Source: Malacoraja senta (taxonomy: Eukaryota). From it: DNA of 64,000 nt. Below are positions 35,985 to 48,950 of this stretch, one piece after another. The DNA lies in contig CM075989.1 of assembly GCA_038087875.1 (NCBI GenBank), positions 806,001-870,000 of the forward strand, read 5' to 3'. The notes beneath the pieces are model-generated. The model made no database searches. It saw only the letters and a program-made list of their open reading frames with translations, and was not told the DNA's origin. Numbering within the stretch: the first letter of the stretch is position 1; each line of letters starts with the position of its first letter. A program made the translations under genes and the position numbers.

Positions 35985-37752
35985 CCAAAGAGATTGGGGA
36001 GATACTGAACAATTTCTTTTCTTCGGTATTCACCAAGGAGAAGGATATGGAATTATGTGAGGTAAGGGAAACAAGCAGAGTAGCAATGGAAACTATGAGA
36101 TTCAAAGAAGAGGAGGTGCGGACACTTTTGAAAAAGATGAAAACGGATAAGTCTCCAGGTCCTGACACGATATTCCCGAGGACATTGAGGGAAGTTAGTG
36201 TAGAAATAGCAGGGGCTATGACAGAAATATTTCAAATGTCATTAGAAACAGGAATAGTGCCGGAGGATTGGCGTACTGCGCATGTTGTTCCGTTGTTTAA
36301 AAAGGGTTCTAAGAGTAAACCTAGCAATTATAGACCTGTTAGTTTGACGTCAGTGGTGGGCAAATTAATGGAAAGGATACTTAAAGATAATATATATAAG
36401 CATCTGGATGAGCAGGGTCTGATTAGGAACAGTCATAATGGATTTGTGCCTGGAAGGTCATGTTTGACTAATCTTCTAGAATTTTTCGAAGAGGTTACTA
36501 GGGAAATTGATGAGGGTAAAGCAGTGGATGTTGTCTATATGGACTTCAGTAAGGCCTTTGACAAGGTTCCTCATGGAAGGTTGGTTAAGAAGATTCAATT
36601 GTTGGGTATTAATGGTGGAGTAGCAAGATGGATTCAACAGTGGCTGAATGGGAGATGCCAGAGAGTAATGGTGGATGGCTGTTTGTCAGGTTGGAGGCCG
36701 GTGACTAGTGGGGTGCCTCAGGGGTCTGTGTTGGGTCCACTGTTGTTTGTCATGTACATCAATGATCTGGATGATGGTGTGGAAAATTGGATTAGTAAGT
36801 ATGCAGATGATACTAAGATAGGTGGTGTGGTGGATAATGAAGTAGACTTTCAAAGTCTACAGAGAGATTTAGGCCATTTGGAAGAGTGGGCTGAAAGATG
36901 GAAGATGGAGTTTAATGCTGATAAATGTGAGGTATACATCTCGGCAGGACAAATCAAAATGGGACGTACATGGTAAATGGTAGGGAATTGAGGAATGCAG
37001 TTGAACAGAGGGATCTAGGAATAACTGTGCATAGTTCCCTGAAGGTGGAATCTCATGTAGATAGGGTGGTAAAGAAAGCTTTTGGGGTGCTGGCCTTTAT
37101 AAATCAGAGCATTGAATATAGAAGTTGGGATGTAATGTTAAAATTGTACAAGGCATTGGTGAGGCCAATTCTGGAGTATGGAGTACAATTTTGGTCGCCT
37201 AATTATAGGAAGGATGTCAACAAAATAGGGAGAGTACAGAGGAGATTTACTAGAATGTTGCCTGGGTTTCAGCAACTAAGTTACAGAGAAAGGTTGAACA
37301 AGTTAGGTCTTTATTCTTTGGAGCGCAGAAGGTTAAGAGGGGACTTGATAGAGGTCTTTAAAATTATGAGCGGGTTAGACAGAGTTGACGTGGATAAGCT
37401 TTTTCCATTGAGAGTAGGGAAGATTCAAACAAGGGGACATGACTTGTGAATTAAGGGACAGAAGTTTAGGGGTAACATTAGGGGGAGCTTCTTTACTCAG
37501 AGAGTAGTAGCTGTGTGGAATGAGCTTCCAGTGGAAGTGGTGGAGGCTGGTTCGATTTTATCCTTTAAAAATAGATTGGATGGGTATATGGACGGGAAAG
37601 GAATGGAGGGTTATGGTCTGAGTGCAGGTAGATGGGACTAGGGGGAAGTATTTATTTAAAAAAAAAAAAAAAAAAATTAAAAATGTTCGGCACGGACTTG
37701 AAGGGCCGAGATGGCCTGTTTCCGTGCTATAATGGTTATATGGTTATATGGT
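35985..37752 (+). mobile_element. Young CR1 LINE (RT region nearly intact, one frameshift near 36935)
   Basis: ORFs 35795-36976 and 36970-37449 with NYRPVSLTS, PQGSVLGP and YADD. Confidence 0.92.
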
Positions 37753-37883
37753 TAAAAGAGAATCACTGGACCAAGGCCTGGGATGTGTGTGTTGTCCTAT
37801 CACAAAGGGCTAGAGAAATTTATGAAAATAAGTGGTGAATTTATTAAAACATAATAACGATGTGTGCACAATACATGTATGAC

Positions 37884-39965
37884 CAGCACAGTGGATCAGC
37901 TGGTAGAGCTGTTCCTTCAGAGCAATAGAGACCCAGGTTTAATCCTAACCTCGGTTGCTGCCTGTGTGGTGTTTGCATGTTATCCATGTGACTTCCATGC
38001 GTTTCCTCCAGGTGCTCTGGCTTTCTCCAACATCTCACAGGTGTGTTGATTTGTAGGTTAAAAGGTTTAGTTTAGTTTAGAGATGCAGTGCAGAAACAGG
38101 CCCTTCAGACCATCGAGTCCGCACCCACCAGCAATCACGCACATTAACACAAGCCTACAAATAATCGGGCCAATTTACACTTATATCAAGTAATCAAACC
38201 CAAGCCAATTAACCGACAAACCTGTACATCTTTGGAGTGTGGGAGGAAACCGAAGATCTTGGAGAAAACCCACATGATCATGGAGAGACATATACTCCAT
38301 ACAGACAGCACGTGGAGTCAGGATTGAACCCCGGTCTCTGGCACTGCAAGCGCAGTAGGGCAGAAACTCTACCGCTGCGCCATCGTGCTGCCAGCCTCTG
38401 TAAATTGCCCTGAGAATTTGGAATAAATTGGACTGATGAGAATGGGTGATCAATGGTCAGTGTGGACTTGGTGGGTCGAAGGGTCTGTTTCCATGCCGCA
38501 TCTCTAAATCCCAAGGCGCTACAACAGGGCAGATATCGATATGTAGGGTCATCATTTCAAACTGAGGTTGAGGTTTAGGTTTATTATTGTCACATGTACC
38601 GATCAGATCAGATCAGATAATACAATACAATCAAGTGGAACAAGTGTATGAAGAAGGGGCAGATACAGACTGCAGAAGAGCGCTCTCAGCATTGTTGTGC
38701 ATCAGTTCCATCAGCAAAGTCCAATGACTGCAATGGGGTAGAGGTGAACCAGACAATCCCCGAGGTTTACATGAACTTCTCACAGATGGTGTGGAAACTC
38801 AACCCTGGGTAGTTGTGGAGGTGAGATTATTATGGGTATCTAAAGATGAAGTAGATGCACTATTGAAATATTGGGAAATGAGGACCCGAGAGAGAAGAGA
38901 TGGCTGGTACATGTCAGATAATCACGTTGAATGGGCTTGAAGGGCCGAGTGGACTATTCTTGCTTCTACTATTGTGTTTTTATAACTGTCTGTTTAACTA
39001 TTTACTGACCTTTCCACTGACTTTTCTGATACATGCACAGCTGCTGGTGTCTGTATTTCACATATTACAATCTCTTCTTTTTAATTTCTTTTGATTCCTC
39101 CACTGTGCATGACCTCTCATTTTCCCTCACCAGCTCCATTTACCATGTTGTTGGGCAGTCACTCAACCTATCTATATCCTATGGCAGGATCATGATATCC
39201 TTATTGTAACATGCCCTTCCACCTACGTTTGGGTCATCGATACTCTTGAACACCAAACAGTCTTTCCCCCTGTCCAGCTCATTAATATACATAATGAACA
39301 GGGGCCAAGAACTGATACCTGGTGCTCTGCATTAGTTACATCCTTCAACCTGTCAAAGAACTGTTTAGTCTTTGGGAAGACAGTTGCCTGGATTGGACGT
39401 ACTTTAAATCCATTTGTCGCTTTTCCTCTGAGCTTGTTGTGGCATGATCTTAACACCAGGCACATGTCAACTGCAACCAGAATCCGTGGGGAATTGCAGG
39501 TCCATGGAAAAAGAGTGAAACAGAAACACCCAGAAATAGCCAGATATTCCCATGAGACTTTCCCCCTTGTTCTGAAACCTCCAACAACAGAAATATCATC
39601 TCAATATTACTGCAACTAGCTACCCCAGAACACAGCAGACTGTAATAAGATCATTGATCTTTCTCCAATGAGTATAGACCAAATCTGCTCATTTGTTCCC
39701 CTGTATGGAGTTTCTACATTCTCCCTGTGAACGTGTGGGTTTCCTCCCATATTCAAAAGCCGTGCCGGTTGATAGGTTAAATGGGTTCTGCAAATTGCCT
39801 CGAATATGTAGGATGCAAAACTGGGATAACATTGAACTAGTGCGGGGGTGATCGTTGGTTGGCGTGGACGCGGTGGGCCGAAGGACCTTTTTTTCCACAC
39901 AGTATCTCGAAACTAATCTAAACTAAACTGAACTAAATTAAACTAAACTAAACTAAATGGAACTA
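37884..39965. mobile_element. Several HE1/V-SINE-like SINEs (~37884-38065 +, 38065-38390 -, 39700-39965 +) and old LINE debris
   Basis: B-box variants and (CTAAA)n tails. Confidence 0.65.
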
Positions 39966-40056
39966 AATTATTCATCCTGTCAATTATTTGTACAATTTAC
40001 CGCCATCTGGTAATGATTGGTCCAATTAATTGTTTGTTTGTTTCTTTTTAAATGAG

Positions 40057-40970
40057 GTAACTTGGTGACAATGGTGATCCTGGCTCGGGGAAGATGCGGA
40101 CTGTCCAGATGTATCACTTGGTACCTGATGAGCATGGCGATGGCAGATACACTTGTCCTTCTCACAGCAGTGATACTAAACAGGATTAGTATCATTTATT
40201 TCCCTGTCTTCTTCCTCTACACCACTCCATCCTGTAGCTTCAGAATAACTCTTATCTTTGCTGTCAGAGACAGCTCAGTCTGGCTGACAGTTGCATTCAC
40301 CTTCAATCGGTTTGTAGCCATCTGCTGCCAGAGGCTGAAAACAAGCTACTGCACTGAGAAAATGGGGGCGATTGTTATCTTCACAGTTTGTATTGTGAGT
40401 TCTGTGAGAAACATTCCCTGGTACTTTGTACAGGAGCCTTTATATATTGTTAATGATGTCCAATGGTTCTGTAATATTAAGTTAAGCTTTTATTCCAATT
40501 CTTCATGGATAGCATTTGCTTGGATGGGCCTTATGTTAAACCCATGTGTCCCCTTCCTTCTGATGTTGTTGCTAAACGTTCTGACTGTTCGACACATTCT
40601 GGCTTCAAACAGAGTCCGCGAGAGATTGCAGGTCTGGGGCAAAGGAGAGAATCAGAAAGACCCAGAAATGGAGAGTCGGAAGATGTCCATCATTTTACTA
40701 TTTGCTATCTCAGGAAGTTCTATCCTGTTGTGGGCAACCTATGTTGTAAATATCTTCTATGTCCAATTTACAAACGGTAAATTTGTATCCACCGCTATTC
40801 TCCAGGAAAGTGGCAACATGTTGCTACTGCTGAGTTGCTGCATCAACACGTGTATCTATGGAGTGACCCAGAGGAGGTTCAGACAGGAGTTCAAGAGTGG
40901 GTTGCAATACCCACTAAATATGATCATTAAAATCGTAAAGTCGTGTAAAAGATTCAATACTTTCTACTGA
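40057..40970 (+). CDS. GPR139/142-like class-A GPCR, exon 2 (TM1 end to TM7); full protein 327 aa
   Basis: Open frame with ILARGRCGLS, MAMADTLVL, SVWLTVAFTFNRFVAICC, PCVPF..LLLNVLTVRHIL and NTCIY..TQRRFR; acceptor AG at 40055-40056. Confidence 0.9.
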
Positions 40971-41273
40971 GGCTCAGCTCCCTTTCATAACCCATTTGAA
41001 CTTTTTAATCACCTTCCTTTCTTTGGTGCTAGACCACATTTCATCAATTGTTGTCTATACTTGGCAAATTGTAAACGACTCCCATAGAGTTACACAGCAC
41101 GGAAACAGGCTCTTCAACCCAGCTCATTCATGCTCACGTTATTATCAATGTAAACCAGTCTCATTGCCTGTGCTTGGCCCATACCCCTCTAAACCTTCCT
41201 TTCCATGCAACTATCAAAATGTATTTTACACCTTGAAATTGGATCCTCTTCTATAGCTTCCTAAAGTAGCTCA

Positions 41274-42494
41274 TTGCTTATATCAACCCCTTGGTGTGTT
41301 TTTAAATCTCCGCCCCCGACTTTAAACATCTACCCTAAAGGGAGGAATAACAACAAACCTCCTAAACAACAATGTGTACAACTGGAGAACAGATATGCTT
41401 CCCTGCTGGAGGATCCTGGATCCCCGTCTGACGACCTGGATAATTTTTCATCTGCTCACAATGGGGTAGGAGCTGAAAGTAACTCAGAAAGTAAAAGGCT
41501 ACAGAAAAAGCTCAAGACTGGGCCTGAGACTCTGATTGTGGGTGACTCTGCTGTTAAAGATATGTGAAGCTTTTGCAGTAAGAACACCAAAGTTTTATGC
41601 TTCCCCAAGGACATGGTAACTGACATGAGAGAAAAAATCGTGGATATCGTGACTGAGCACCCAACGGTGAAATACATCATATTGCACATAGGGTCAAACT
41701 ATGTTGTGAAACAGCAGTCTGAAGTACTGAAGCAAGACTTTATTGATCTGCTAAACACAGTCAGCTGTCTGAACAGCTGTCGGAAAAGGAGTCGAGAAAT
41801 TTTCAAGACTTTTGAGTCTGAACACATGGCTTTCAACTACATGTGCCCTCCTTTAGTTACTTTTATTGACAATTTCAACTTTCTCTGGGATCGCAGACAT
41901 CTTTTTAAAGCAGATGGACTATGCCTAAACAGGCTGGGAATACAACTTTTCATGTCAAACCTATTTTATCTCCTGCGTCACCCATCTGTTCCCTCTGCCA
42001 AGGTCAGGAGACAGGAGGAATCAAAACATGAAGATGCCAAAACAAAACTCCCTGATAGAGAGCCTGTTCAGCCCCCGCCTAAAGAGAGCTTTGGCCATGA
42101 CAGACATCAGCGCAGAGAGGAAGAGTCCCCACCTCCCACCTTACCAACAAATTCACTTCCCTCCCCTCCACAAACCCCATCCAGGTCACCCTTCTCTATA
42201 CCCACCCTTTCCCCCTCTTCCCCTCTCTTGGAGTTCACTGACCATATGAAACAGCTGGTCATTGCTGGAACCAAATTCACACCCCGCCCTACTCCCAGGT
42301 TCCGTCCCTCAAATGCCCCACTGCCCCCTCTCCCACCATTGGCTCCACATCGAGTTCTGGCAAAATCGCCAAAGGAACGACCTGCACCACCCCCACCTCT
42401 GCAACGAGGGCAGAATCATCCTCTGTCTCCACAGCCTGATAACAGTACAGCACATTCCGTTACTTGTGTACAAAATACAGCAAGCTCTAACTGA
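41274..42494 (+). pseudogene. L2 ORF1, SGNH/GDSL esterase-like with Pro-rich tail; one in-frame TGA at 41565
   Basis: ORFs 41274-41567 and 41613-42494 are in the same frame; GDS, GSN and DGLC blocks. Confidence 0.75.
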
Positions 42495-45400
42495 TATGTG
42501 CTGGGCTCAGGCTACAGGACAGATTGCACTCATGACTTTTTCCAGGATAAGTCGGGGCCCAACACGTTGGTAGCTTGCTCAGTTCCAGTCTTAATAAGTA
42601 AACGAAAAAGGCAAAACAAGACGCACTCAACTCATTCTGCTAATTTATCGAATTTAGCACCCATTCCTCATCAGCCACAGCCAGCAGATAATGATTTTAA
42701 CACACTAAACCTAACTTTATTAAATGTCAGGTCTTTGGCAGGAAAAACATTTGTAATCAATGATTTTATTATCAGGCACGATCTTGATTGTTTGTTCTTA
42801 ACTGAAACCTGGTTAGATCAAAACAACAGTGCTGCTGTTCTTATTGAATCAACTCCTCCCAACTTCAGTTTTATAAGTGAGGCCAGAGTGCATCAGAAAG
42901 GAGGAGGAGTGGCTGTTCTGTTTAATGATTCCCTCCAATGCAAGCAGATATCTTATGGAAACTTTGCCTCCTTTGAATATGTGGCTGTTAAGTTGAACTC
43001 TTCTTCCCGAGTTATGTTCCTAAATGTCTACAGGCCACCTAAATACTGTGCAGCCTTTTTTGACGAATTTTCTGAACTACTGTCTATAATCTGTATTGAC
43101 TTTGACTGTGTAGTTATTGTTGGTGATTTTAACATTCATGTTGACAAACTCCATGACAAAGGGACTAAAGAACTGTATTGTGTCATTGATAACTATGGAC
43201 TGAATCAGCATGTGACGGAGCCCACACACAACAAAGGTCACACTCTGGACTTAGTCATGTCCAAGGGTGTTAGCATTTCTAAGGTTGTCGTGATTGATGC
43301 TGCCCTCTCTGATCATTCCTGTGTTTTCTTTGAGAGTGCTATCTCTATGCAGACTAATGTTCAAAGAAAATTAATCACAAAACGGTACATAACAGAAAAC
43401 ACCTGTGGAACATTTATTCAGGCTTTCTCCTCCACGCCCACTCTCCCCTGGGTCTCAGTAAATGAGCTTGTTGATAATTTCAATGTGAAAATTACAAATA
43501 TTATTGATGCCATTGCACCCACTAAGGTGAAAGTGGTCCCTGGCAAAAAGAAGTCTCCATGGAGAAACGCCACATTGGTAAAAATTGAAAAAAGAGAGTG
43601 TCGGAAAGCTGAACGTAGGTGGCGGAAAACAAATCTCCAGGTTCACTTTTACATCTATAAAGAAAGACTTCGCATCTACAACTTGGAACTGAGAAATGCA
43701 AGGCAATCCTTCTTCTCTGACATCATTGCCAAAAACAATAATAATGCACGGGCCTTGTTTACTACTGTCGACAGGCTAACAAACCCTCCTGTGTCAGTAG
43801 CCCCTGAATTGCTTTCCACAAGGGCCTGTAATGAATTTGCCTCCTTCTTCACCGACAAAATTCAGAAAATTAGGCAAGCAGTCAGTGCCTCCACATCAGG
43901 TGCAGGACATGTGTTGTCCATGTGTCCATTTATAATCAATTCAAATACCATGACACAATTTTATGTTATTAACCATAAAACCTTGGAGGACATTATACAA
44001 CATTTGAAATCCTCCTCCTGCTGCCTCGATATTCTACCAACAGGCCTTTTCAAAGGTGTATCAAACTGCATGACCTCAGACCTTCTACAGATTGTAAACA
44101 CGTCCCTTCTCTCAGGTGTCTTCCCACAGGCCCTGAAAACTGCTGTTATCAAGCCTCTCTTAAAAAAGAAGAACTTAGACACTTCACTACTGAACAATTA
44201 CAGACCAATATCAAACCTCCCATTTCTCAGTAAAATCATTGAAAAAGCTGTTTTTAAGCAGCTGAACAATTTCATGTTAATGAATAGCTGTTTTGATGTC
44301 TTCCAGTCAGGATTTAGACCACATCACAGCACCGAGACGGCTCTTGTTAAGGTCTTCAATGACATTCACTTAAACACAGACAATGGCAAAATTTCAGTCT
44401 TAGTATTACTAGATCTCAGTGCTGCATTCGACACAGTCGATCACAACATATTACTAGACCGTCTGGAAAACTGGGTGGGACTTTCGGGCACAGCATTAAA
44501 ATGGTTTGAATCCTACTTGAAGGACAGGGACTACTTTGTGTCTATAGGTAATTACACATCTGAGTGTGCAAAAATTACATGTGGAGTTCCCCAGGGCTCC
44601 ATTCTGGGGCATCTTCTGTTTAACATCTACATGCTTCCACTGGCTCAGATCATGAAAAACATCAAAATATGTTACCATAGTTACGCAGACGACACACAAA
44701 TGTACATAACAATATCACCAGGGGGCTATAGTCCAATACAAGCACTGAGTAGATGCATTGAGCAAATCAACGATTGGATGAACCAGAATTTTCTCCAATT
44801 AAACAAAGAAAAAACTGAAATAATTGTTTTTGGAGCCAAGGAAGAACGATTAAAAGTTAGCACCCAGCTTCAAATGATAATGCTAAAAACAACAAACCAA
44901 GCCAGAAACTTAGGAGTAGTCATGGACTCAGACCTGAACTTCAACAGCCACATAAATACAGTCACAAAGTCAGCCTACTATCACCTAAAGAATATATCAA
45001 GGATTAAAGGACTTATGTCTCAGCAGGATTTGGAAAAACTTGTCCATGCATTTATCTTCAGCAGGCTCGACTACTGTAACAGTGTCTTTACAGGTCTCCG
45101 TAAAAAGTCGATCAGCCAGCTGCAGTTAATTCAGAACGCTGCTGCTCGAGTCCTCACTAAGACCAAAAAAGTAGATCACATTACTCCAGTTCTGAGGTCT
45201 TTACACTGGCTTCCTGTCTGTCAAAGAATTGATTTTAAAATACTACTGTTGGTATACAAAGCACTGAATGGTTTAGGGCCAAAATACATTTCTGATCTTC
45301 TGCTTAGCTACGAACCACCCAGACCTCTCAGATCATCTGGGACAGGTCTGCTCTGTGTCCCCAGAGTCAGAACTAAACATGGAGAGGCAGCATTTAGTTT

Positions 45401-45766
45401 TTATGCACCACATATCTGGAACAAACTCCCAGAAAACTGCAGGTCTGCTGCAACTCTCAGCTCTTTTAAATCTAGACTGAAGACTTTTCTGTTTGCCGCT
45501 GCCTTTCAGTAAACAATACAATTTATTGATTACCTATACTGCACTGTAACTTCTATTCCTGGTTTTATTCTATTTTAAATATTTTATTTGATTGCTTTTA
45601 ATTTTGTAATTATTTTATCTGAATAATCTAATAATCATTTTATATCTAAATGTCATTTTATATGTGTTTCTTTCAAATGCTTTAAATGTTTTATGTAAAG
45701 CACTTTGAATTACCTTGTGGTTGAAAGGTGCTATACAAATAAACTTGCTTTGCCTTGCCTTGCCTT
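41290..45766 (+). mobile_element. Near-full-length L2-clade LINE with SGNH-esterase ORF1 and intact ORF2
   Basis: ORF1 IVGDS and HIGSN; ORF2 endonuclease plus RT; 3' GTAAAGCACTTTG..AAAGGTGCTATACAAATAAA + (TTGCC)n. The 5' boundary is uncertain. Confidence 0.92.
42498..45512 (+). CDS. L2 ORF2: APE endonuclease and reverse transcriptase, 1004 aa uninterrupted
   Basis: [48 protein letters not shown]. Confidence 0.93.
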   Translation: MLGSGYRTDCTHDFFQDKSGPNTLVACSVPVLISKRKRQNKTHSTHSANLSNLAPIPHQPQPADNDFNTLNLTLLNVRSLAGKTFVINDFIIRHDLDCLFLTETWLDQNNSAAVLIESTPPNFSFISEARVHQKGGGVAVLFNDSLQCKQISYGNFASFEYVAVKLNSSSRVMFLNVYRPPKYCAAFFDEFSELLSIICIDFDCVVIVGDFNIHVDKLHDKGTKELYCVIDNYGLNQHVTEPTHNKGHTLDLVMSKGVSISKVVVIDAALSDHSCVFFESAISMQTNVQRKLITKRYITENTCGTFIQAFSSTPTLPWVSVNELVDNFNVKITNIIDAIAPTKVKVVPGKKKSPWRNATLVKIEKRECRKAERRWRKTNLQVHFYIYKERLRIYNLELRNARQSFFSDIIAKNNNNARALFTTVDRLTNPPVSVAPELLSTRACNEFASFFTDKIQKIRQAVSASTSGAGHVLSMCPFIINSNTMTQFYVINHKTLEDIIQHLKSSSCCLDILPTGLFKGVSNCMTSDLLQIVNTSLLSGVFPQALKTAVIKPLLKKKNLDTSLLNNYRPISNLPFLSKIIEKAVFKQLNNFMLMNSCFDVFQSGFRPHHSTETALVKVFNDIHLNTDNGKISVLVLLDLSAAFDTVDHNILLDRLENWVGLSGTALKWFESYLKDRDYFVSIGNYTSECAKITCGVPQGSILGHLLFNIYMLPLAQIMKNIKICYHSYADDTQMYITISPGGYSPIQALSRCIEQINDWMNQNFLQLNKEKTEIIVFGAKEERLKVSTQLQMIMLKTTNQARNLGVVMDSDLNFNSHINTVTKSAYYHLKNISRIKGLMSQQDLEKLVHAFIFSRLDYCNSVFTGLRKKSISQLQLIQNAAARVLTKTKKVDHITPVLRSLHWLPVCQRIDFKILLLVYKALNGLGPKYISDLLLSYEPPRPLRSSGTGLLCVPRVRTKHGEAAFSFYAPHIWNKLPENCRSAATLSSFKSRLKTFLFAAAFQ

Positions 45767-46239
45767 ACCCTCTGGTATAATGCTCCCCTCCATTGGAAAA
45801 TAACAAGGGCACCTAATTATTGTTTGTGGTTCCCTTTCAACACCGTAATCCAATAAATGTCTTCACAATATTCACGGTTAGGACTGAGAACCCACCCAGG
45901 CATCTCATCCACAATAAGATCCTCTAAAGTCCTGACCCATAGACCACAATCAGTAAGCGTAGGTGACAAAATATCCTCTATGATAATTCTCAACATTGGT
46001 GACCCACAAAACTGCACTATCAGCCCTCTGCTACACTCCTTCCACACTCACAACTGTGTGGCCAAATTCTGCTTTAATGTAGAAGTATGCAGATAACACC
46101 ATTGTGTTTGGTTCGATCTTATACCATGATGAAATAGAGTATTGGAAGGCAATGAAGAGTTATTAACATGGTGTCAAGATACGATCCTTGCCCTTAATGT
46201 CAGCAAAATGAAGGAGTCTGTCATCAGCTTCAGGAAGTG

Positions 46240-46797
46240 GGGTAGAATTGCTGCCTTACAGCACTTGCAACACCAGAGACTCAGGTTCGATCCTGATTAC
46301 GGATGCTGTCTGTACGTAATTTGTACGTTCACCTCGTGACCACATGGATATTCTCCGAGATCTTCAGTTTTCTCCCACACTCCAAAGACGTGTAAGTTTA
46401 TAGATTAATTGGCTTGGTATAAGTGCAAATTGTCCAAAATGTGTGTAGGGTAATGTTAATGTACGTGGATCGCTGATCAGTGCAGATTCGGTGGGTCGAA
46501 GGGCATGTTACCGTAATGTATCTCTAAACTAAACTAAATTAAACTAAGTATTCTATAACTTCAACAACTGGGGGCGGCACAGCACCAGAGACCTGGGTTC
46601 GATCATGACCACGGGTGCTTGTCTGTACGGAGTTTGTACGTTCTCCCCGTGACCTGCATGGATTTTTTGCAGGATCTGCGGGTTCCTCCCAGACTCCACA
46701 GACATAGAGGTTTGTAGGATAATTGGCATGGTAGAATTGTAAATTGCCCCTAATGTGTGCAGAATCGTGTATGTGTGTGGGGATCGCTGGTCGTCGA
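46240..46797 (+). mobile_element. Two HE1/V-SINE-like SINEs
   Basis: GGTTCGATC B-box, CCCACACTCCAAAGA core and CTAAA tail. Confidence 0.7.
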
Positions 46798-48950
46798 AAC
46801 ATAGAAAATAAGTGCAGGAGGAGGCCATTCGGCCTTTTGAGCCAGCACCGCCATTCATTATGATCATGGCTGATCATCCCCAATCAATAACCCGTGCCTG
46901 CCTTCTCCCATATCCCTTGACTCCACTAGACCCTAGAGCTCTACCTAACTCTCTCTTAAATCCATCCAGTGATTTGGCCTCCATTGCCCTCTGTGGCAGG
47001 GAATTCCACAAATTCACAACTCTCTGGGTGAAAACGTTTTTTCTAACCTCAGTCTTAAATGGCCTCCTCTTTATTCTAAGACTGTGGCACCTGGTTCTGG
47101 ATGCGCCCAACATTGGGAACAATTTTCCTGCATCTAGCTTGTCCAGTCCTTTTATAATTTTATATGTCTCTATAAGATTCCCCTTCATCCTTCTAAACTC
47201 CAGTGAATACAAGCCTAGTCTTTTCAATCTTGCCTCATATGACATCCCGCCATCCCAGGAATCAATCTCGTGAACCTACGCTGCACTGCCTCAATCACAA
47301 GGATGTCCTTCCTTAAATTAGGAGTCCAAAACTGTACACAATACTCCAGATGTGGTCTTACCAGAGCCCTATACAACTGCAGAAGAACATCTTTACTCCT
47401 ATACTGAAATCCTCTTGTTATGGCCAACATTCCAATAGCTTTCTTCACTGCGTGCTGTACCTGCACGCCAACTTCCAGTGACTGGTGTACAAGGACACCC
47501 AGGTCTCGCTGCACCTCCCCCTTACCTAACCTAACCTCATTGAGATAATAATCTGCCCCCTTGTTTTTGCGGCCAAAGTGGATAACCTCACATTTATCTA
47601 AATTATACTGCATCTGCCACGCATCTGCCCAACCTCCTAACATCCTCTTCACAGTTCACACTGCCACCCAGCTTTGTGTCATCCGCAAACTTGCTAGTGT
47701 TGCTCCTAATTCCCTCTTCCAAATCATTAATATATATGGGAAACAGTTGTGGCCCCAACACCGAGCCTTGCGACACTCCACTCGCCACTGCCTGCTATTC
47801 TGAAAAGGACCCGTTCACTCCTACTCTTTGCTTCCTGTCTGCCAACCAATTTTCTATCCATGTCAACACCCTACCCCCAATACCATGTGCTCTAATTTTA
47901 GTCACCAGTCTCCCGTGCGGGACCTTATCAAAGGCTTTCTGAAAGTCAAGATACACTACATCCACTGGCTTCCCTTCCTCCATTTCACTTGTCACATCCT
48001 CAAAAAATTCCAGAAGATTAGTCAAGCATGGTTTCCCTTTCATATATCCATTTTGACTTGGACTAATCCTTTTACTGCTATCCAAATGCCCCATTATTAC
48101 CTCTTTAATAATTGACTCCAGCATCTTTCCCACCACCAAAGTCAGGCTAACTGGTTTGTAATTCCCCGTTTTCTCTCTTGTTCCTTTCTTGAAAAGTAGG
48201 ATAACATTAGCTATCCTCCAATCTACAGGAACTGATCCTGAATCTATTGAACATTGGAAAATGATCACCAATGCATCCACTATTTCTAGAGACACCTCCC
48301 TGAGGACCCTGGGATGCAGACCATCCGGCCCAGGGGATTTATCATCCTTCAGTCCCATTAGCCTACCCAATACTATTTCTCGCCTAATAAAAAATTCTTT
48401 CAGTTCCTCTACCCCCTTCGATCCTCTGTCCTCCTGTACATCTGGGAGATTGTTTGTGTCTTCCTTAGTGAAGACAGATACGAAGTACCTGTTCAACTCT
48501 TCTGCCATTTCCTTGTTACCCATAATAATTTCACCCATGTCTGCCTTCAAGGGACCCACATTTAACTTTGCTACTCTTTTTCCCTTAACATATCTAAAGA
48601 AGCTTTTACTGTCCTTCTTTATATTCCTGGCCTGCTTCCTCTCGTACTTCATCTTTTCAGCCCGTATTGCCCATTTTGCTTCCTTCTGTTGTCCTACGAA
48701 AATTTCCCAATCCTCTGGCTTCCGGCTACTCTTTGCTGTGTTATACATATTTTCTTTTAGTTTATCCCTAAGTCTATCCCTAACTTCTCTTGTCAGCCAC
48801 GGTTGCCTCTTAATCCCCTTAGAATCGTTCTTCCTTTTTGGGATGAAATGATCCTGCGTCTTCCGGATTATTCCCAGAAATTCCTGCCATTGCTGTTCCA
48901 CCGTCATTCCTGCTAGGATCCCTTTCCAGTCTACCTTGGCCAGCTCCTCT
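46798..48950 (-). mobile_element. CR1 LINE, 5'-truncated
   Basis: ORF 47795-48985 (DKSPGPDG, FQKAFD) followed by RT and 3' UTR. Confidence 0.92.
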
